In this document: positions 36,401-51,400 of the stretch, one piece after another
Numbering within the stretch: position 1 is the first letter of the stretch
Layout: each line of letters begins with the position of its first letter
DNA from: Takakia lepidozioides
Taxonomy: Eukaryota; Plantae; Bryophyta
DNA: 64,000 nucleotides
Direction of reading: 5' to 3'
Assembly: GCA_030704615.1 (NCBI GenBank)
Contig: CM060731.1
Span: forward strand, 33,232,001-33,296,000
Notes under the pieces: generated by a model
The model's input: only the letters and a program-made list of their open reading frames with translations
Databases searched by the model: none
What the model was told of the DNA's origin: nothing
Translations under genes and position numbers: made by a program

Positions 36401-39400
36401 AAGTGGAGATGGGAAAATTGGTGGTCTTCATATATAACTTCTGCTCTGGACTACCATGCAGGCCTTTGGATAAATTGGTCTCATTTGAGCTCCCCAGTGA
36501 GTGCATATCTCTTGCACCAATATCTGTGATCTGTAACAATCCTTCCCCGTAAGTGCATTTGTTAACGGAAGGTAATTGCACAGATGTTGCCAGCCATATC
36601 AGTAGTCCGGGCTGATTGGATGTGGCCCGTTGTGAGGTTATTTGTTTCTTAGCGACATACTGTGAAGACTTTCATGAAATTTCATTTATCATTTCTGGCT
36701 TGTTGTCCTCAATTGTGCAGGAGACAACTTTTTTCTTGCAGATGCTGTATAACTGTGACTTCAAAGCTAAGTTCTCGCGAGAGATTACAGGCCACTATTC
36801 AAATATGATCATGCTCGTTGTTGAAAATCAACATCTATTGGACGCATATAAGGCTCTTGATTCTAGCCTAGACAGAGGTATGTCCTGGGGTTATCAGAAG
36901 CAGCCAAATAGGCTCATTCATTTATCTCTACGTCATACTCTTACCAGCTGGCATGTGAGGGATGAGATTTGGATTTGGTGACGTTGCTTGCTTGGCTTGA
37001 TGTGTCATATCTTGTCATGTTGTTCCTTCAGAGAGGCAAGGGGAAGTGTTAGGAGTGGTTCTTAGGAATCAAGACAACCGGATTATCAGTGTCTTCCAAT
37101 GCACTTTAATAAATGGATTTGTTTAATTTTAGGTCTGTCTTAATGTGTGTGGCATAAAGGAAGCTGTTGCTTCACATCTATCTTGAAATCTACAACAATC
37201 TCCTTTCCCAGTGCAGTGGAGCCAGGGAACTCACTATTTTTTCATGGACATATGGTTGCTTTCTTGCAGTGATGGTGCAATTATTCAATGTCCCAGAGAG
37301 CACGTTGATTTTAATACAGGAGGACGAGTTGCTTGAATGTTTTATTCGTGTGTGTCACAGAGTCCTTCAACTGTGTCTCGGAAGGTAACATTTTGAGCCT
37401 GATACAGTGTTCAGTAGATTGACTCCAATGATGAACTGGTGGGCGGGCCATAGGATGCACCTTCATAAAGGACTAATTGCCTGTGTAGTGTTCTGTTGAT
37501 AAGAAAAGCATGTCTACAGATTTTGAATGGTTAGCCTGGGTGTTGGTCAGTACCTGTGGGATTCCATGAACAAGGGTTTTGTCGGTGTTTGCTACAGTGT
37601 AGCGTAGTTTGAGTTCCTCATTCAAAATCCTGCCACTTCCATTGTGCTTCTTTGATTGATGAATTGGGAGTTGTATAGGGAGTTTGATCAACAGAAGAGC
37701 GATTGGTTGTTGTGAGAAATAGGTCCCATAAAAATCACCAACCTACTTGTCAAAAGTCAAGCAATTGTCAAGTGTCGAGCAATTGAGTACGTTGAATTGG
37801 GAAACACCTGTTCAATGGAAGAAGATTCAAGGGTTGGTGCAAGAACAGCTTCTGTTGCAATACTACACAATGATATATAATACAAAGAGCTTCCTCCTGA
37901 GACACTTTTTGTCTGTTTTGTGTCCCAGCAACGCCGTCACTGTGGATCTGCGCCACCCCGCTATTGTAGGCAAGGTTGGTGCTTCTGCATTTACCTGCAC
38001 TGTCTTATGACTTCAAAACATAATAGACCTTTTTCAAGAGGGCTCATGCTTCTAATTTTATAGTTGTGGGCATCGTCAAGGTTGCTGACATCAATGTTTC
38101 TGTTATTCACTTCAAGAAGTGGCCAGTCCTGTTACTACTAGTAACAAGTTTCATTTTAGAGAGGGCAGATATTTTTGGGTATATTTGGGGTATGGTATTT
38201 CATTAATTCATATTCAACACCAAGGCTGAAATTTTCGACTGTTGAACTGTATTCGCTGGAACCAGGAGCAGTAAAAGTGTCCATGGATCACCTCAATTGG
38301 TGCTCTGATCTTCTGTGGTCTTCTGAAACATCAGAGTTATTCTAATTTATTGTTCTGCAGCATCACATCATTACCTACACTGATAAGTTGTGCACAAAAT
38401 TATGTGGGATAGTTGAAATGTCCTTTGTGGGGAATCTTTTCTTGGAGAGATCGCGTTTAACCTCATTGTCGTGGTTTTCTCCTTGACGTCAACGCTACCA
38501 TTGAAGACTATTTTTGTCAATCAAGTGTCCTGATTACAGATCCAGACTAGTGTAGTAGAAAATGAATAGTTTGGCCATGGTGTGGCAAGGTCATAATTGG
38601 CACGGTTTGTTAGGTCTATTTGAGGCCTCAAGGAGACTTGCGCTTAATTGTCGCACATGCAAAAGTGGCAGTCTATGTGCTCAGCGAGCGACAGGATGTG
38701 TTTAAGGAGATTCTGACTGTTCTTAGCTATCTACAGGTTTGTACATCATGTCCTTGAAGGGTATTTGCAACCTGTTGCTGTTTACTCAAACTTGAAGTAG
38801 CATGATTGTTGGTTGTTATTTCATGTTAGAATGTTTTGATGCTGGTGAAACATGGTCGAGGCTGTCAATGTCTCTATAAGAGCAGCTGCAAGTGCGGAAG
38901 GGTGAAATGTCCAAAGTAGGCACTGTGGCTGTATTCCAAGGTCTATTTATCCTGTAGTTTCTGCTTCCTGCTGTATTGTTTTAGTTGTTTAAATGTTGGC
39001 ATATTAGTTAAAAAATCTCCACGAGGAGATTCCTTTTTGTTTAAGAATTACAATTGAGAGAAACTTATGGTTTGTGGGAGCGTCTACTGGTGTGTGGTGC
39101 AGCCTTCTTTGTCAAAATCTGATCCACTTGGGGTATAAATGCGCAGTGGATGAACCCCTACTCCCGTTCACTTGTTGTGGATTTTGAGGAGAACACGGCA
39201 TGGACACTTGCGATTCAACTAGAGGTCTGCACAACTAAAGAATTTTCTTGACATCTCTTGTACTAATTGATGGAAGATGGACCCAGCTATTAGTATAATT
39301 CCACACAGCTCTAGAAATTGCTATCCAAAGTATCTTTTGGTACACACATACTTGGCTGAGGGAAGGAGCTCATTGTACATTTTGTGGATGCAGATGAATA

Positions 39401-42400
39401 CTATGGCCATTGTTTTCCAGCTGATTGGACGATGCTTTTCTACTTATCAAGGTTTGGATGAGTTGGTGAAAGAAGCCTTGGTTGGGGCTGGCAATCTCAC
39501 TTTGGACAGTTTGAAAAACTACCTAGGGAAGGTGAGTAGTCCAATCTGGTGTCTCTCTTTCCACGTGGCATGTGGTGGTTCTCTACTCTGGTGAAGAGCT
39601 GCATAGAGTATGCATTATCACAAGCGGCCATCTAGATGTTTTTTGGGGCCTACATTGCTTTCTTGGTTGGCCTCGATATTCCTACAGTTGAGCTGAGGAT
39701 GACAGGACCAAGGTCAAGGTCAACAGTACATTGGCATATTTCAGATTTTATTTTCTGATCACTGAAATTGGAGGGTTTTCCAAGCGATGGAACTCAGTAA
39801 GGAGCTGATAAGATACTAAGGAAAGGGACACTGATTTGAATGTGAATCAACCTGCTGACTCAAAATATGTGGAGTTTTTGGAGTAGGTAATGCTAGCAGT
39901 TCTTTCTTTTGGCATTTGTGTCTTTTGAATTTTGGTGTCCTCCTTGCAGTCAAATGCCAACTCTTCTCTATATTACTGACATTGATGCAACCCTGCAAGA
40001 ATTTGAAAACCCGCAAACCTCAACTCGAGCATGCTCAGTGAAGAAAGACTCAGTTTTGTACCGTCTAAAACTGTTTGGGTGGCTAAGGCCTTTATAACGA
40101 AACGCTAAGAGACTGATCTTCTGGGGCAGTGTGGGGTTATATGCAGGTTTGTCTTTTGGACTCAGTGGGTGTAGTCTCACTCCATATCCCTCTACACAGG
40201 ACTCTTAGTGCTATAATTGCAAAGCTTGTGCTGCTACCTTGGGACCAGGCCAACAATGGGTTCCTGTCAAGTTTGAGATTCGACTATACTGAAGATCAGG
40301 TATGACAGTGACAATGTTCTATGCTAGACCTGAATGTACAGTTGATATGGTTCTAACCATCCCAACAATCTTTTGTGGTCTCCATCAAAGCTAAGAGTCT
40401 AAGAGACCTTCCAAGTTTTGATTTGATTGCATCCTCCATGCAAATCACCCTGACCAAAACCGGTTGACTGCAACTAATCGAAGCATTGCCACGGCCATCT
40501 TCACCCTCCTGCCATTATAGTTGGGGAATGTTATTGGGGAGGAATTAGCAGAAAACACAAAGTGTCCCCCGACCCAAATGCCATACACTTCACCTGCTCT
40601 GGCTGTCTCATATAACTGGTTGATTTGCAGAAGCAGTTCTGATCCGCATTTTTGACAACCACTACTGTAGCTTATTGCAGAGCATGTGGAACTTTCTAGT
40701 TACTTGAAGAAGTTTAATTTGGGACCCTTGTTGGTGGGATCCTATGCCTTCATTAGGGAGAGTCTCCCTCTATCCTTCATTCTTTCAGGCACCCTTTACC
40801 AACTTTGAAAGTCTCGAGGCTGAGCCAAAAGCCCAGGCCCTCCTGAGGCCTAGTTTTTGGGCAAATCACACACAGCAGATTGATGCTTGTGTGAAGGGAT
40901 TTCTAGAGGATATCTGGAAAACCCGGATTAATTCTTTATATGGAGGTAAGTCTTACTACCAACGTCAGCCCCTGACAGAGGTAGGTTCTGTCCCTTTTGT
41001 TCCCGCTCAAACTGGGCGCGGGGTCAATGGCCACAAGGCTACGGCAAACAACGTCTTATGAGTACAATCTTTCAGGCACCCTTACATTTGTGTGTGACTC
41101 GACAGGTGCTAGCTCTAATGGAGCATCCATTACACATTGCTGTGTGGATGGCACAGGTATGTAGCATTTGCCTGTTCTCCTGAGAGGCCTCTCATATTCC
41201 AGTGTAGCCTTCACCACATGTGCAGGTAGGTGCTGTTTGAAGTATAGGATTCATTGTAGGAGTGGAATATGAGATTGTTCTGTATCAGGTCTTGATGGTT
41301 ATTGTTGTTCCTGCTTAAGCTGAATTAGCATATGATCTTGAAGGTTTTTGCAAGAATGTATTTCCTCCAATGTGCAAGGGGTAAAGTGAAATTTGTTTAT
41401 TCCTGATGAGAATATTCATTCTTCATGGGCCTCTAGGGGCCTTGTGTGTGGAACTTACCTGATAATGAACCAAGAGGCTGCTAAGGCTTTTGACAGTCTT
41501 GCACCTGTGGTCTTTGTGGCATTATGGGGCTAGATTCGAGCTGGTGAATGGCGGGGTAATTCTGAAGACTTCAGCCGCCTCGAGCTCATCTATCGAGGGA
41601 GCTTTTGGCATGACCAGTGCGTATATTGCATATATACATACATAGCAGATGTAGTTCAGGCATTCCATTATGACTGCAAATCTTTTGTGATCTATTGAGA
41701 CTATCCATGGATCATGGCACGAACATGCATGACGCTGACATTACTGCCATACCTAGAGAGAAGACTACCTATAACACTTGCTACAGATCCATTCATTGTG
41801 TTTTCATCTTTTGTAGAGAGGAGTCCCAGCTTCTTTAAACTCACTGAAAATCTTTCAAGTAATCTATTACCACATAAACAACATCTTTGACAGCTCGTTT
41901 AAGCTGGCACTTGGCCCTTTCAGCGTGTATGGCAATGTCAAGTATGCTACCCTGCTTGGGCTAGCCTATTCAATAGGTTATGCAAGGCAAGTCTTCATAC
42001 AGGGTAAGGGCTTCCATAGTAGAACTTAGTTGCCACGTGGAACTTTATGCATTCTACCTATAGTTGCTTGATTGTTTGAGCAACTGTGGAGATGGAGATG
42101 TTTGAGCCTCCAGGTTGGAAAGTCTCTAAAACCTCACCCACAAAGATTTTCTTGGAAACATTCCAAGTTTATGCCTGCATGAAATAGGTGAAATCGAAAT
42201 TGTTAGCTCAATGAATCGAAGAGCACCACCTTCATAATTATCCCTTTATTTTGTGCTAGAGGCATTGAAATCAATGTGGTTAGTACTCATTGTGTCTCAG
42301 ATTATGCTTGTTGATTGATCACATTTGTTATGGAAGCATAGCTTCCGTCTTCTCCTGAAAATAGTTTGACGCACATCATTGACACATTTGTCTTATTGCT

Positions 42401-45400
42401 CACAAGTGTTTGCTAGGTGAGCTCTAATGCAGAGAGATTTCTGTTATTTATGACACACAGCCTCAGGTCGCTCTGTGCTAGAACTAGTTACATCACCGAG
42501 AAGGTTGAAGTCTAACTTTCATGACCAAATATGGAAGTGATGTGGCCGAGTTCTTTTGGAACGAGATGATTTTTAAACAGGTTTGTCTTGAGGAGCGGCA
42601 GTTACACAAATAGGATTTAGACATAAGTTGGAAGACCCATATCCTGGAGTTTACCTGAGTTGCTTACATGTCATGAATTGTGGATGAGAAGGTATACCCT
42701 CCGTGACAATACTATCAGCTATTCAGCTTATATGAGTGCTGAAAGTGCCATGTATGTGAGAGAGAGAGGATGTACCCATAAGATGTTGTTTCCTGTAGCC
42801 TTATTGCCACAGACCTGTTGCACTTTGGGTGTAACAAAGAGAGAATATACTCGTAAGACGTTGTTTGCCGTAGCTTTGTGGCCATTAACCCCATGCCCAG
42901 TTTGGGCAGAAAAATAGGGAACTGATGTGTGTGAGCTGCCCAGCAATTAGACCCCCACATGGCCAGGAATTTAGGCTCAGCCTCATGATTTTCAAAGTTG
43001 GTGAACAGCTGTGTGGGGACAATGTTCTTGATGTTTCTGAAGAGGGTCACTTTCTGGTGAGAATATCCCGGACAATGTATCAGAAAGTGGATATTGTCTC
43101 CAGGCTGCTCGGCATAGGTGGTCCTCGCGTTGCAGGTTTTCCCATCTACCAGTCTCTATCCATAGATTGTGGGAGCCCACCCTGAACTGCCCCAATGCCC
43201 CTTAAGAGGGAGGAGATAGAGGCGGCGAAAGGTAATTGGGCCGCAAGACTATCATCACGGAGAACCAAGAATGTCTCTCGATAGAAATGGAGTTTTGTTG
43301 TGAGATTGGTAGCTTCCAAGTTCTCCCGACATGTAGTTCCGTAAGTTCCCTTCTAATGAGGGTGAGAATGAAATGAAATGAAATGGTGCTTTATAACGTC
43401 CGCGGAAAGCTCATAGAGCTTATGGGACAAAATGGAAGGAAGAACATGAGAGAAAATACGAAAACCAGAGTCAGAGAAAAGAACTATTGTTCGAGTGATT
43501 GTCTTAGGGTGAATGCCTCGTGCAGGTAGGCTGCCAAACATTTCTGATCCTCATAGTGGAAGACTTCAGTGAGAGATTGGGTTCCACGGAATAGACAATG
43601 GAATCTCCCACGGATCTCATAGTATAGGGGGCAATAGAAGAAGAAGTGTTCTTCAGTTTCAATTTCCTGGCTGCGCCCTGTGCAAGCAGGACATAGGCGG
43701 TCCTCCCGCTGCAGGTTTTCTCATCTGCCAGTCTCTATCCGTAGGTTGTGGGAGCCCACCCTGAACCGCCCCAAAGCCCTCAGGAGAGAAGGAGATAAAG
43801 AGGCCGAAAGGTAATTGGGCCGCAAGATTCTATCATCCCGGAGAACCAAGAATGTTTCTCGATAGAAATGGAGCTTTGTTGTGAGGTTGGGTAACTTCCA
43901 AGTTCTCCTGACATGTAACTCCATGAGCTCCTTTCTAATGAGTTGGTGAGAGAAATGAAATGAAATTGTACACCACATCATCCTCCTGAAGCTCAAAGAG
44001 CTTATGGGAGAGGGGCCACAAGCAGCCTGAAAGCAACTCTAGCTCAAGGTATTGTCTAAGAGTAACCCTTCATGCAGGTAAGCTGCCAAGCATTTCTGAT
44101 CCTCGTAATGGAAGACCTTCATGACAGATTGGGTATCCCTGAATAGAGAGTTGAATCTACCACATATCTCACAGTATATAGGTCAGTGAAAGAAGATATT
44201 CTTCACTTTCAATTTCCCTGTAGTTGCCAGTGCAAGCCAGGCATAGTCGGTCGTCACGTTGCAGTTTTACCCCTATCCGTCTTGATCCGAAGACTGTGGG
44301 GGCCCACCCTGAACCGCCCAGTGCCCTCAGAAATGAGGGAGATAGAGCTGCAGACGGGTAATTAGGCACAATATCCTATCATCACAGATAAACAATAACG
44401 TCTCCTGATAGTAGTGCAGTTTTGTTTTTAAGTGGCTGGTTTCCATGTCTGCCTTACATGCAGTTCCATAAGTTCTCTTCCCCATGGGGAGAGAATGTAC
44501 TCATAAGACGTTGTTTGCCGTAGTCTTGTGGCCATTGACCCCGCGCCCAGTTTGAGCGGAAACAAAAGGGACAGAAAACCTACCTCTGTCAGGGGCTGAC
44601 GTTGGTAGTAAGACTTACCTTCATATATAGAATTAATCCGGGTTTTCCAGATATCCTCTAGAAATCCCTTCACACAAGCATCAATCTGCTGTGTGTGATT
44701 TGCCCAAAAACTAGGCCTCAGAACGGCCTGGGCTTTTGGCTCAGCCTCGAGACTTTCAAAGTTGGTAACTGTATACCCCATGGGGAGAGATTGTACTCAT
44801 AAGACGTTGTTTGCCGTAGCCTTGTGGCCATTGACCCCGCGCCCAGTTTGAGCGGGAACAAAAGGGACAGAACCTACCTCTGTCAGGGGCTGACGTTGGT
44901 AGTAAGACTTACCTCCATATAAAGAATTAATCCGGGTTTTCCAGATATCCTCTAGAAATCCCTTCACACAAGCATCAATCTGCTGTGTGTGATTTGCCCA
45001 AAAACTAGGCCTCAGGAGGGCCTGGGCTTTTGGCTCAGCCTCGAGACTTTCAAAGTTGGTAAACAGGGGTACAGGCACAATTCCCTTAATAGATTTGAAG
45101 AGAGCGTCTCTTTGGTGAGAGAACCCTGGACAGTGTATCAGAAAATGAATACTGTCTTCAGATTGCCCACACAACGGGCAATTGCAATCTCCCTTTCCTC
45201 TCTGCTTCTGTTTGCTGTTCAAAGGTAGGCTTCCTGCCCTGAGTTTAAATTTCAGTCTAGTGCCGAGAGTGGGTAGACCCTTGAGGTCATCCAAGATGTC
45301 CTCCCCCATGTCACAGACTGGAACTTTAGTGAGCCCCAGAGCTTTGCCCTTGCCAGTTTGAACAACTTTCCGGATATGTGCATCCCAATTACAATTGGAG

Positions 45401-48400
45401 GAGAACTCAACGCCCAGGTAAGTGTAGGAAGGGAGGACCGGGATCTCTTGGCTACCCCACTGTCACTTAAGATCACTTCCTCCCTCTCCTCTGTCGTTGA
45501 ATGCTACCACTGCACATTTGCTGACATTAGCCTCTAGCCTCCAAAGATCAAAGTATCTCTTCGCGCAATCAATCAACTCCTGGAGATTGGTTGGAGTCTC
45601 CCCTATGCCTGCGAAGTCATCCGCAAACATAAGGGCTGGTATGGTGGTATCACCCACCCTTAACCCAAATCCCTCACTTTCCACATCCTCGAGGAGTTGA
45701 TTGATGAAAACATTGAAGAGCAGAGGGGAGAGAGTACATCCTTGAGCTACACCTTGGTCTATGTCAAAGAAGTTGGACTTCTGTCCGTTAACAGTGACAC
45801 AGCTTTTGGTGTGAGCATACAAGTTGTGGACAACTCTCCACATCTTTCCCTTGATCCCACAAGACCAGAGGCGGAACCATAGGCCATCTCTCCACACTGT
45901 GTCATAAGCCTTTTTGACATCCAGGAAAAAGACATAAGTGGGTTTCCCTTCTTTTTTCCTTCCCTGGATAATCTGGCTTAGAGTGAAGATATGATCCACA
46001 CAGCCCCTGTTTCGCCGAAAGCCAGCTTGGCCTTCGTGGAAACAACCTCTAGACTCCAGATCAACCTCGAGACGAGTACTTATAACTCTGCAGAATGTGA
46101 GTTTCAAAGGTTTTGACAATGTCAACCGATGAAGTCACCACTGCACCTTTAGTAGTCTTGAGCGCTTGTACTTGCTGACCGTTTTTCGGCTTGTACAAAC
46201 GTTGAAGGGCCAACCAGAATTTCTTGTCATTACCACCATGGTGGTTTGAGTTTATTTCACTGTATAACTTGTCCCAGTATAATTTCTTCTGAGACCTAAC
46301 AAGCTGATTGATATCTTTACGGAGCTGGTAGTACCTCGCCCACAATTCTCTGTTGGTTTCCAAATTGCAGCACTCTTTATAGAGGGCTCGTCTCTCAGCT
46401 ATCTTGAGTTTAATCTCATTAGTCCACCAATTAACTGCTCTACCGCAGACAGTTAGTTTCCTCCCAATGATCTTGTCAGCCACGGAGGAAACGAAACTCT
46501 CCCAAGAGTCCACTGCTCGACTTCATTTCTTGCGTTAACAGAGCGTGACTGAAGTTCTTGGAGCGATTGGACAAAATGAGGGAGAGCCTCTTGCAAGGCC
46601 TGGACGTACTCAGCCTTGACCTCCTCATTGTGGAATTTTTCTATGTGCCACTTCCGAATCGAACGTTTCACAGATCTCTTGGTGGTGGGAAAACACCTTT
46701 TGATCTCAGTCCAAACCAGGAAGTGGTCAGAGGTACCAATATCAGTTCTGTCGATCAACACATTGGCACACTGGGGGAACAAAATTTTGTCCATTATGAT
46801 ATAGTCCACAATGGAACGTTCCCCAGTTTGGGATTTCTCACGAGTCCACTGCACTTGGTCACCACTTGTCCTGTTATTCAAGGTCAAAAGCTGAAGCTCT
46901 TCTAGACAGTTAATTAACCGTCTGCCATTAGAATTCAGCTCGTCCTCACCAAAAGGTCCAATGATATCGTCCTGATGGATCCCTTTGCCACCCGGGCATT
47001 GAAGTCCCCCAATAGTACCACCTGACCTTTGGCAAGGAACGAAGCACAGTCCAGCTTTACATCTTCGAAGGCCTTGTCTGCGTCAGCACTAAGGGTCCCC
47101 TCTGTGGGCATGTAAACACAACCAACAAAGAGGTCCTTTGTACTCATGCCGCCCTTCAAATTCAGTTTTAGCCAGATACTATGCTCGTACCTCAAACCCT
47201 TGTTGATAATTTCACAATTGTCAAACAAGAAATCACGGACAAAGAATCCGACCCCTTTTTGACCGCGTTTGGCAGAGGCTGCCTTGAGAGTACACATCTT
47301 ACCTGCCCATTTATAACCAATGACATCTCCAACCAGTTTATCCGACGTTTCCCATGTTTCTTGCCCAGCACAGATATGAACATCATTAGTCCGAAGAACT
47401 TGTCCCACTTCAAGTTGTTTCCTTTGGTTGGTCAACCCTGAGAAGTTGAAAGTGGCCAGCCGCAAGCCAGCCCTTTGCGTGTGAATTTTGTCGTCTAGGT
47501 AGCTTGTGATTGCTCCTGGACGGCCAACCATTCTGCAAAGGGGGGACAGTTACCCCATGTGTAGATTTTGCTCGTCTTGTGTAAACTTTGAGAATTGGTA
47601 AACCATTCAGGGTACCAAATCTTTCAGTTACACGACGCACAGGCTCCGCACACATAGGGGCAGATTGTCCGTCAGACTGCTTGGGGACACTTACCCCGTG
47701 TATAGATTTTGCTCGTCTTGTGTAGACTTTGAGGATTGGTAAACCATTTAGAGTGCCAAATCCTTCAGTTACACGACGTTCAGGCTCTGCACACTTAGGG
47801 ACAGATTGTCCATCTGACGGCTTGGGACAATTACCCCGTGTATAGAATTTGTTCGTCTTGTGTAAACCTTGAGGATTGGTAAACCATTCAGAGTACCAAA
47901 TCCTTCAGATTCAGGATGTTCAGGTTCCGTACACTTAGGGGCATCTTGTCTTTCTGGCTGTTTGGATTCAACCTCATCCAGAGCATCAAACCGATTAGAA
48001 ACTCTCAAGTTGAAGTTGTTGCCCTTGGTTGTCTTCCTAGAGCGCCCCATTGAATCACCAATGTCTAAGACCGCTCTCCAGCCAGTCAAGGGACGAACTT
48101 CTTTGAGATTGAATTGATGCGGGACTCTATTAGAAGCACTTTTGGTCATTGCAACCTTCAACGTACCCCTGTTATCAAGTCTCGAGATGGTACCATTAGC
48201 CATGAAATCCAAGCCTAAGCTAGAGCATGTAGTTTTAAAGGACACATCGTCCATCCTGGGATTCACCCCAAAAACTACACATGAGGAGAGAGATTGAAAT
48301 GGGCTGGTTGTTTCTTCATATAGTCGAATAGTTTGTTCCTGATCTCCATGCTATTGGCCCTGATACTATCTTGGAGTAGTATTTCAGCCTGTTGATTCTT

Positions 48401-51400
48401 TTTGGATTATATTACAATTTTCTCAAAACATTGCAAGTCCTTCTCAGGATCCATGAAAACTTTTCTTGTTGAATGGAATATTTAAGGTACTGTAGTCGTA
48501 AGTGGTTGGATTTTGGGACTAGGATCATTGTATCAACAAAGTGAAGTGGGACGTTCATCCAGTTGGACATCAGACGTGGTATTATGGAGTGGGCTTTTGA
48601 TCGAAGATACGCGTATCCAGTCTGTTGGAGTTAGTAATACTGTTTTGATCACAGATCGATGGACATGGACATACTGCTGCTGCAATTTTGTGCTGTTGCT
48701 CGGGAGAATATGGAACATACAATATTCATGCGGATGGCAGAACGCTTTGATGTACTCCCTTTATGCCCAGTCAAAGCTTTACTAGATCTGGGGGGACCAT
48801 GACGGGATAAACATTCAATGATTCCAAATAGGGTCTGAAAGGGAGATGCTGTTGTCTGGAAATTGTGTAGAGTACGATGACAAGCTGTATTGTATAGCAG
48901 AGAGGCAGATGATATAAGTCAATGTATGTCGCCCTTATTTGTGTGGGCTGCATTGGAGCAGCAGAAATACATTCAGATTGGTTCTGTGTGCGAGCTGTCC
49001 AGATACCTCGAGGAGAGCCCCCAGGCTATGTGTGAATCTTATCAAAGATTATTTTTAGTTATATTCTAAATTGGAGTGCTGTCTGTCGGTATAGATCATG
49101 TCCTTGGTTTCTTCTTGGGCAGACTCATAAAGAGGTGATGTTCACAACATTACTGTTTGGGTGGACAGCTGCTGAATATGGTGACCACACCCTTGTGTGG
49201 TGAAAAGATGCAACGTCTGTGTCCTTCAGAGATCTCCCTCTTGCAAGATCTCTTGCGGTTGATTTTGTTGGTACACCTTTCGTGCCATTGTTTTTCCTAA
49301 ATTTAAGCATAATACAGCTTCTTGACTCTCATATATACTAAGGGAATGCAGATTGCACTGCCTTCTTGCCCTGATCTGTGCTTCCACCAACCCTCTTTTG
49401 CGTTGCCTTTCTCTGCTCGAGAGAAAGGCAACGCACCTGCACGAGGCCTTCACCCTTGGACAATCGCTAGAACATTAATTGTTATTCTTGGTTTCTGGAT
49501 TTGTTCCTCTCTCATGTTTTCTTCCATTTTGTCCCATAAGCTCTATGAGCTTTCCGTGGACGTTATAAAGCACTATTTCATTTCATTTCTGCTCTTCCCC
49601 CCTATGGAAACCTGAAAATGAGTTGTTCTGTGTCTACCTGCTTGTTGACCTTCTGATGAATCATATTTGATTGCCGATGACTGCCGATTTTTTATTTTTC
49701 GTCTTTTTGTGTAGGTTGTTCGCGAGCGTCGTAACACTGGAATGACTGAGGTGAGATTTGCTATCCTAATAGATTTTATTCTCAAAAGCATACACTAGTA
49801 GGGGGCCTGTTTTTTGCTGATGGTGCTTTGGCCTGCAGCTAAATGTTGGCTACAATGTGCTTGCCTGAACCTGTCCAGAAGGAGTGTCTGCGCTATGATG
49901 TGATTCAATGGTTGTGTGTGCGCGACCAAACCTACTCTCAGGTGGGGGTGGCTCTAGAAAGCGGTACACCTTCCAGATTTCTTCTCTATGTAGGACGGTT
50001 CTCGGTTATGAAACTGCTAGATTTTCTGCGTTTGTGTGGTGCCCATGGAGACCTTTAATACGTCAAAACCTCCTCCTTTGATGCCACATTCTATGTGGCG
50101 GTTTTATTTTGTGTGGGCACAATTTCACAATTGTATGCTGGTTGTACCCTGTGTACAAACCCCTGTGTTTAGCATTCTCATGGACAGTGGAATTGTCTTG
50201 GTATGTTGAATGTTAGCTCTGCCGGGCACTCAGTGCAATTCCAGTGGATCATAAGAAACTTAATGACATGCTGGATGAGGTGGCACTCTTCCATGACCCT
50301 AAGGTACATCTTCAACAACTCCCTTTGCATGATCACTCCCCCTAGCCTGCTTCTATCTTTTTCTTATTTTGGCCAGCGTTTGTGACCTCCATTTTCTTTC
50401 TCGCAAGGAAAGGTGCAGGCACCCCAGAACTTATACACCAAAATGCTTTTTGCCAGCCTTGTGTTATCTGCTTCCTTGTGTTCCTTTCAGTGTTCTGTAA
50501 GCTGTGGGAGCTTCTTACAAAGTTTTCTGCAATGTAATCCAGTTGAAGTCTTAAGATTTTCTGATTTTGTCTGTGAACATGTTCCCAAAACATTGGGGAA
50601 CAGAAGCACAATGTTAGTGGCCAGGCATTTCCTTGTTGCTGCTTGCCTCTTTTCCATTAAAGTCAAAGACACTTCTTGTACGGTCACCAAATCTGAAATC
50701 TTGCAGCCAAGGATTTGTCAGTAATAGGTTGGTCTTATCCTGTGATAGCAGCTACAGGAGCGAGGATTCTACCGGCTGAGGGCCGAGTGTTGGGAGGAGT
50801 TTGATCCCTTATTCGCTCATTTCTATGCAAATGAGCTGGAGGATGCTCAGGTATGCTCATGTATTCTTCTTAGTCTCCATGTGGACGGCAAACAACATGT
50901 TATGAGTACATTCGTTCTGTAGAGGTTTAAGATTTTTCCTTCATTTTTCATTCTCTTTCTTGGTTTCCTACCTTGTCCCATGGGCCCTCAGGGCCCCCTG
51001 TGAATGTTATATACTTTGATATCTTTTCAGTGAATGGACAAGAAACAATTAGATTCTGTACCGATTCCTCTTCATGTAGCCTCGGCAATGACAAGAGTTA
51101 GTTACAAACAGCAGAAGCCACAAAGTCAATCCTAGGACACAGGCCCTCCACAGGTCCAAATTAGAAATGACGAAGGCAAGCCTCCAGTATTAACCATAAG
51201 TCTTAGTGCCCTCACCAAATATGTTTGGTCTGGAAGACCTAACCAAATCCTGTCTCCCTATCCCAGCAAGTAGAGACAGTACTTTCCTTTTCCTCTTTCC
51301 TTCTCCTTCCTGTCTGTTGGGATGTGGTGGAATTGCTACTGTCTGTTTAGGAGTTACTGCTGCAACCAGAAGTGTCTGGTATCTTACCTGCATGAGGCAT

